From the NCBI GenBank assembly GCA_032718475.1, contig JAUCBJ010000710.1, positions 1-38,451 of the forward strand: a stretch of 38,451 bases of DNA. Reading direction: 5' to 3'. Under the pieces are notes generated by a model. It worked only from the letters and a program-made list of their open reading frames with translations. It was not told the DNA's origin and did not search any database. Shown here piece after piece: positions 34,078-38,451 of the stretch. Position 1 is the stretch's first letter; every line of letters begins with the position of its first letter. The translations under genes and the position numbers were made by a program. The stretch is from Nemertoderma westbladi. Lineage: Eukaryota; Animalia; Xenacoelomorpha.

Positions 34078-37000
34078 CTATCACCGCGCCACTATGTTGA
34101 CCCAAAAGATTCTCCTTATCCTCCTCTCTATGAATGGTTGAGCCAGTTTGACTCCAGGGGAGTCCATGTAGCCCATGCTAATATACGCAGCTTGCTTCCT
34201 ATGATTCCCGAACTAAAATGTATATTAGAACCAGGCTCAATTGATATTCTCATGATTTCTGAGACATGGCTTGATGATTCTATCACTAATGCCGAAATTG
34301 GTATTCCTGGATATAATATCTTTCGGCGCGATAGGAATAGAAATGGAGGTGGAGTCGCTATCTATATCAACTCAAGTCTTGTATTTGATGTTCTAGAATG
34401 GAGTTACAATTGCACATCTGAGGTTCTATTTGGTGAACTATCATTACCTAGCACAAAGACAATTCTGCTTGGTGTGGTATACCGACCCGACAGTGACAAA
34501 AATATGTTTGACAATCTGGTCTCATTCCTTGGCGATACATCAAAATACGGTGAGATAATCATTCTGGGGGATACTAACATAGACCTGTTAGGTAACTACA
34601 AATGCATACCATCCCCCCTTGCTACCGACGGCCTCCTTCAAAGCCTATACAGCTTCACCAATACACTTGGTCTCTGCCAGTTAATAACCGAAGCAACTCG
34701 GGTCACAGCTTCTACAGCCACATTAATTGACCATGCCTTTGTTTCGCAACCAAATATGATTACAACCAGTGGAGTTATTAAGGAACGTCTAAGTGACCAC
34801 TACATAATTTTTGTTACAAGAAAAAGACAAAAACCAAAACCAGCTATTCCCCTGACTAGTAACTGCCGTTCTTACTCAACTTACTCCAAAGAGATATTGC
34901 TCGAAAAACTGACAAATAATACATCCCTACAAGATTTGCCATATACAACTGATGTCAATACTGCAGCAACCATAGTGGATAATGTGTTAACAAGTATTTT
35001 AGATGAAATTGCTCCTTTTCGCAAATGCCGCATAAAATCTTTCTCACAACCATGGGTTGATAGGGAGGTGAAAGACGCAATCATCGCCCGCAATAGAGCC
35101 TCTCTCAAATTCACCAATGAAAGAACACTCCTAAACCAGGAGGCCTTTAGAGTCCTAAGAAACAAAGCAACCAACCTCATAAAATGTAAAAAGGTATCGT
35201 ACATCAGTCTACAATTGAAAAATGCAACTGGTGATAGCAAGAAACTGTGGAAAGTTCTTAAGACTATCGGTCCTCCTACTAGAAAGCAAGGAGCCCACTC
35301 CAAGACAACCACTAAAAGCCTTTTAATTGATGGCGAAATTTCACATGATCCATCGAAAGTCTGCGAGCACCTCAATACCTACTTCACTAATATTGCAAAA
35401 GAACTAGTATCAGCAATGCCTAAACCACCAGGCCGTTATGGCTTTGAATCTACATTGGAATACTACAAGGGACTCGGAGTAACGGAGAACGCGTTCAGCT
35501 TGCACCCAGTTGAAGAGGATGACGTTGCCAAAATATTCTCTAAGATTGACCCCTGTAAAGCTGGAGGCCCTGATGGTATCCCTTCACGCATAATCAGTGA
35601 TGGGGCAATTGCGCTGATAAAACCGTTTACCCACTTAGTCAACCTGTCTATCTCATCTTCAATCTTTCCTGATAACTATAAAATAGCTCGTGTAGTCCCT
35701 GCCCATAAAAAAGGTCCAGTGATAATCAGCGGTAATAACAGGCCCCTTTCCAACCTTCCAATACTGTCGAAAATACTTGAACGCATTGCATATGACCAAA
35801 TGTTTTTCTATGTAACTTCACAACACCTTATGAATAAGTTCCAGTCTGGATTTCGACCTATGTTCTCCACTGATACAACACTCTTATTGGTTGATAACTA
35901 CATCAGAGAAGCAATCGACCATGGCCTACTAACTGGTATGATACTGATTGATTTTCGCAAAGCGTTTGATACTCTAAACCATGGCATCATAATACAAAAA
36001 CTGAGAGCTATAGGTGCCGACCCAGCTACACAGAATTGGTTTAAATCGTATCTAAATGGTCGGATGCAATACGTCGATATTGGTACTGCTACTTCAACTC
36101 CACAGGTAGTCGATGATGGTGTGCCTCAGGGCGCTATATTGGCAGTATTGTTATTTGGTTTAGCAACTAACGACTTTGACCAAATATTACCTTCATCCAT
36201 GAACAGTAACGACGTCTGTCGCACAGACTGTTCGATCCCAGACTCCTCCCATATAGCAACTCCAACCTCTGACGATTCCATCCTGCCCCCTAAATTTGCC
36301 GATGATGTTGGCCTCCTCACTGCTAATAGCTGTGTTCAGGCAATATCGTCAACACTATCTGCCACCATGGACAAAGTATCAGACTGGTGCCTTGACAACA
36401 GACTGAGTATTAACTTTGAGAAAACCGAATGTATTTTATTTGGAACTCATCAGAGATTAGCAGCTGCACCGTGTCCCTTAGAGGTTTACTGCAATGGAAA
36501 CCGTATATCTACAAAGAAAGCAGTAACCTACCTAGGAGCCACCATAAATGAATCCCTTACTGGTATGGAAATGGTGCTTAGAGTATTAAAAAAAGGAAAC
36601 TCGCGTCTACGCTTCCTTCATCGACATGGTGCCATCCTCGACCGCTCCCTTAGACGACTACTTTGCAACTCACTCATCCAGCCACACATTGACTATGCTG
36701 CACCCACTTGGTTTTTCACCATCACTAAGAAACTTCGAACTAATGTTGAAGCCCTTCAAAGAAAATGCATCCGTTTCTGCCTCGGTCTTGGCCCTCGTAT
36801 CCATATTAATGCTTCACATTATGTTGCAATCAACTGGCTTCCCCTCCGCGAGCGAGTGCAATCAGTTATCTTATCACACATGTTTAGAGTAAGAAACGGC
36901 CTCTCGCCAGAGTACATGAATGACATGGTCACTTTCAATGAAGGACGAAGCGGTCTCCGCTCTTCTCAAGATAGGGCATTGATTCCCGATCGGAAGACAA

Positions 37001-37164
37001 TTTATGGACAGACCACTTTCAGTTTCTATGGTCCAAAACTATGGAATGCACTCCCTAAGGTTCTAACTGAGTGCTCTTCATTAGTAACATTCAAACATAA
37101 ACTGAAGGACTACTTACTGACTAAGATCGAAGATGACGACTCATCCGTCTTTCTCTATATTTAA
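34078..37164 (+). CDS. LINE ORF2 (AP endonuclease and reverse transcriptase)
   Basis: HANIRSL, ISETWL, GGGVAIY, VYRP, GDTN, LIDH, SDH, GPDGI, QSGFR, IDFRKAFD, GVPQG, FADD and YLG. The frame is open directly after the ORF1 stop. First Met at 34201. Confidence 0.93.
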   Translation, partial: LSPRHYVDPKDSPYPPLYEWLSQFDSRGVHVAHANIRSLLPMIPELKCILEPGSIDILMISETWLDDSITNAEIGIPGYNIFRRDRNRNGGGVAIYINSSLVFDVLEWSYNCTSEVLFGELSLPSTKTILLGVVYRPDSDKNMFDNLVSFLGDTSKYGEIIILGDTNIDLLGNYKCIPSPLATDGLLQSLYSFTNTLGLCQLITEATRVTASTATLIDHAFVSQPNMITTSGVIKERLSDHYIIFVTRKRQKPKPAIPLTSNCRSYSTYSKEILLEKLTNNTSLQDLPYTTDVNTAATIVDNVLTSILDEIAPFRKCRIKSFSQPWVDREVKDAIIARNRASLKFTNERTLLNQEAFRVLRNKATNLIKCKKVSYISLQLKNATGDSKKLWKVLKTIGPPTRKQGAHSKTTTKSLLIDGEISHDPSKVCEHLNTYFTNIAKELVSAMPKPPGRYGFESTLEYYKGLGVTENAFSLHPVEEDDVAKIFSKIDPCKAGGPDGIPSRIISDGAIALIKPFTHLVNLSISSSIFPDNYKIARVVPAHKKGPVIISGNNRPLSNLPILSKILERIAYDQMFFYVTSQHLMNKFQSGFRPMFSTDTTLLLVDNYIREAIDHGLLTGMILIDFRKAFDTLNHGIIIQKLRAIGADPATQNWFKSYLNGRMQYVDIGTATSTPQVVDDGVPQGAILAVLLFGLATNDFDQILPSSMNSNDVCRTDCSIPDSSHIATPTSDDSILPPKFADDVGLLTANSCVQAISSTLSATMDKVSDWCLDNRLSINFEKTECILFGTHQRLAAAPCPLEVYCNGNRISTKKAVTYLGATINESLTGMEMVLRVLKKGNSRLRFLHRHGAILDRSLRRLLCNSLIQPHIDYAAPTWFFTITKKLRTNVEALQRKCIRFCLGLGPRIHINASHYVAINWLPLRERVQSVILSHMFRVRNGLSPEYMNDMVTFNEGRSGLRSSQDRALIPDRKTIYGQTTFSFYGPKLWNALPKVLTECSSLVTFKHKLKDYLLTKIEDDDSSVFLYI

Positions 37165-37507
37165 TTTTTAACGAATTTTAGACCGACCGATACAATAATA
37201 TCTCTATTTATTTAATTTTTAACGTATTCTAGATTTATAATATATACTACTCTTGGAAGATGACTCATCCGTCTTTCTCTATATTTAATTTTTAACGAAT
37301 TTTAGACCGACCGATACAATAATATCTCTATTTATTTAATTTTTAACGTATTCTAGATTTATAATACATACTAATCTTGGAAGATGACGACTCATCCGTC
37401 TTTCTCTATATTTAATTTTTAACGAATTTTAGACCGACCGATACAATAATATCTCTATTTATTTAATTTTTAACGTATTCTAGATTTATAATATATACTA
37501 CTCTTGG
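37129..37507 (+). repeat. Triplicated ~125-bp unit spanning the ORF2 stop codon
   Basis: Near-identical units start at 37129, 37256 and 37380. Confidence 0.95.
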
Positions 37508-37665
37508 TCTACCTTTTATTTCAAGTTTATCTGTTTTTTTACTCTTAGATAAACCACAGTATCTACCGTACCTTTAATTCAATTATATCTGCTTTTTACT
37601 CTTTTATATACTTACCGCTAATTACCGGTATATTCACAGATATTTATTTTACTTGAGTTTTATCC

Positions 37666-37708
37666 TGGACCCTCATGGAAACGAGGTGAAACCTCATGAG
37701 GCCATCCA
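37666..37708 (+). other. 3' UTR stem-loop of the LINE
   Basis: CCTCATG/CATGAGG outer stem with GAGGT-GAA-ACCTC inside. GGACC...TGGAAA resembles motifs I associate with L2/Crack 3' UTRs. Confidence 0.55.
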
Positions 37709-38070
37709 CACGTCACTACATACGCTATCCTTCTTGTTTTTACAGTACGTTACATTAATTATATTTACACTCATATTTACATACATATCTACATTTATAT
37801 TCACTACATACGATATCCTTCTTGTTTATACTGCACATTACATTAATTATATTTTACCTACGCTTGTGATGTTGAGACCCATTTGTTTTAAAACTAATGC
37901 AATTGTGCAACATCTCTCATGGGGTATGTACAGTACACTACTATGCATAGTTATATAATATTCATTGTTGTTTCTCATCGTTGTTTCGCTTTACATTGCG
38001 ATTTTATCTGTTTAGTGCATATAATTTGTTGTTGACGTAAAAAAATCAAATCAAATCAAATCAAATCAAA

Positions 38071-38451
38071 AACACGGTTTTTTACATCGTAAATCCACCT
38101 GTACTCAAATGCTAGAATGTGTTACTGATTGGTTCAATTTAATTGATAAACGAAAGAACCTGGACATTATATATATAGACTTTGCAAAAGCCTTTGTTTG
38201 ATTCGGTAGTTCACTCTAAATTACTATCAAAGCTCACTAGCTACGGTGTATGCGGAGATCTGTTTCTATGGATACGTGCATTTCTATGTAATAGAACCCA
38301 AAATGTACTTGTAGGTACCGAATCATCGGACTACTGTGTAGTTACATCGGGAACTATTCAAGGCAGTGTCTTGGGGCCAGTATTGTTTCTTTTATTTATT
38401 AATGATTTACCTGATGCTGTTCGCGCTTTTGAAGACCTTTAGCAGTTTAAC
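38071..38451 (+). pseudogene. Decayed CR1 RT core (continuation of 32437-32678)
   Basis: HGFLHRKSTCTQML, IYIDFAK(A)FDSVVH, WIRAFLCNRTQ and GTIQGSVLGPVLFLLFINDLP. Confidence 0.88.

Larger units (their letters stand above)
32679..38070 (+). mobile_element. Apparently full-length, intact L2/Crack-type LINE
   Basis: 5' UTR, ORF1, APE-RT ORF2, a 0.9-kb 3' UTR and a (TCAAA)n tail. 4-bp TSD AACA at 32675-32678 and 38071-38074. Removing it restores CR1 ...RAQH-GFL. Confidence 0.92.

Noticed and set aside
33258-36320. Antisense ORFs over LINE ORF1/ORF2, and plus-strand ORFs over BEL gag-pol
   Set aside because: Shadow frames of real coding sequence.

Overview
AT-rich eukaryotic (most likely invertebrate metazoan) genomic DNA with one host gene and a dense stack of transposable elements. 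The host gene is an intact-looking, two-exon ABCC4/MRP4-like ABC transporter: exon 1 at 6905-7111, a 2.4-kb GT-AG intron, and one 3.6-kb exon at 9513-13151, giving about 1281 aa. The ORF track misses this join. Retroelements are an RTE LINE 3' part, an RTE 5' end with a tRNA-like head inside the ABCC intron, several decayed CR1/L2 fragments, a 9.8-kb BEL/Pao LTR element and an intact 5.4-kb L2/Crack-type LINE. The BEL element has lost RT and the integrase core and carries an extra unexplained ORF. In the L2/Crack LINE, ORF1 and ORF2 are in one frame, separated only by a TGA-CTA readthrough-type stop. Non-autonomous DNA elements with readable termini and TSDs resemble IS3EU, EnSpm/CACTA, Zator and Kolobok. 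Three unrelated minisatellites all end in ...ACCG. All calls come from reading the sequence; no database search was run.
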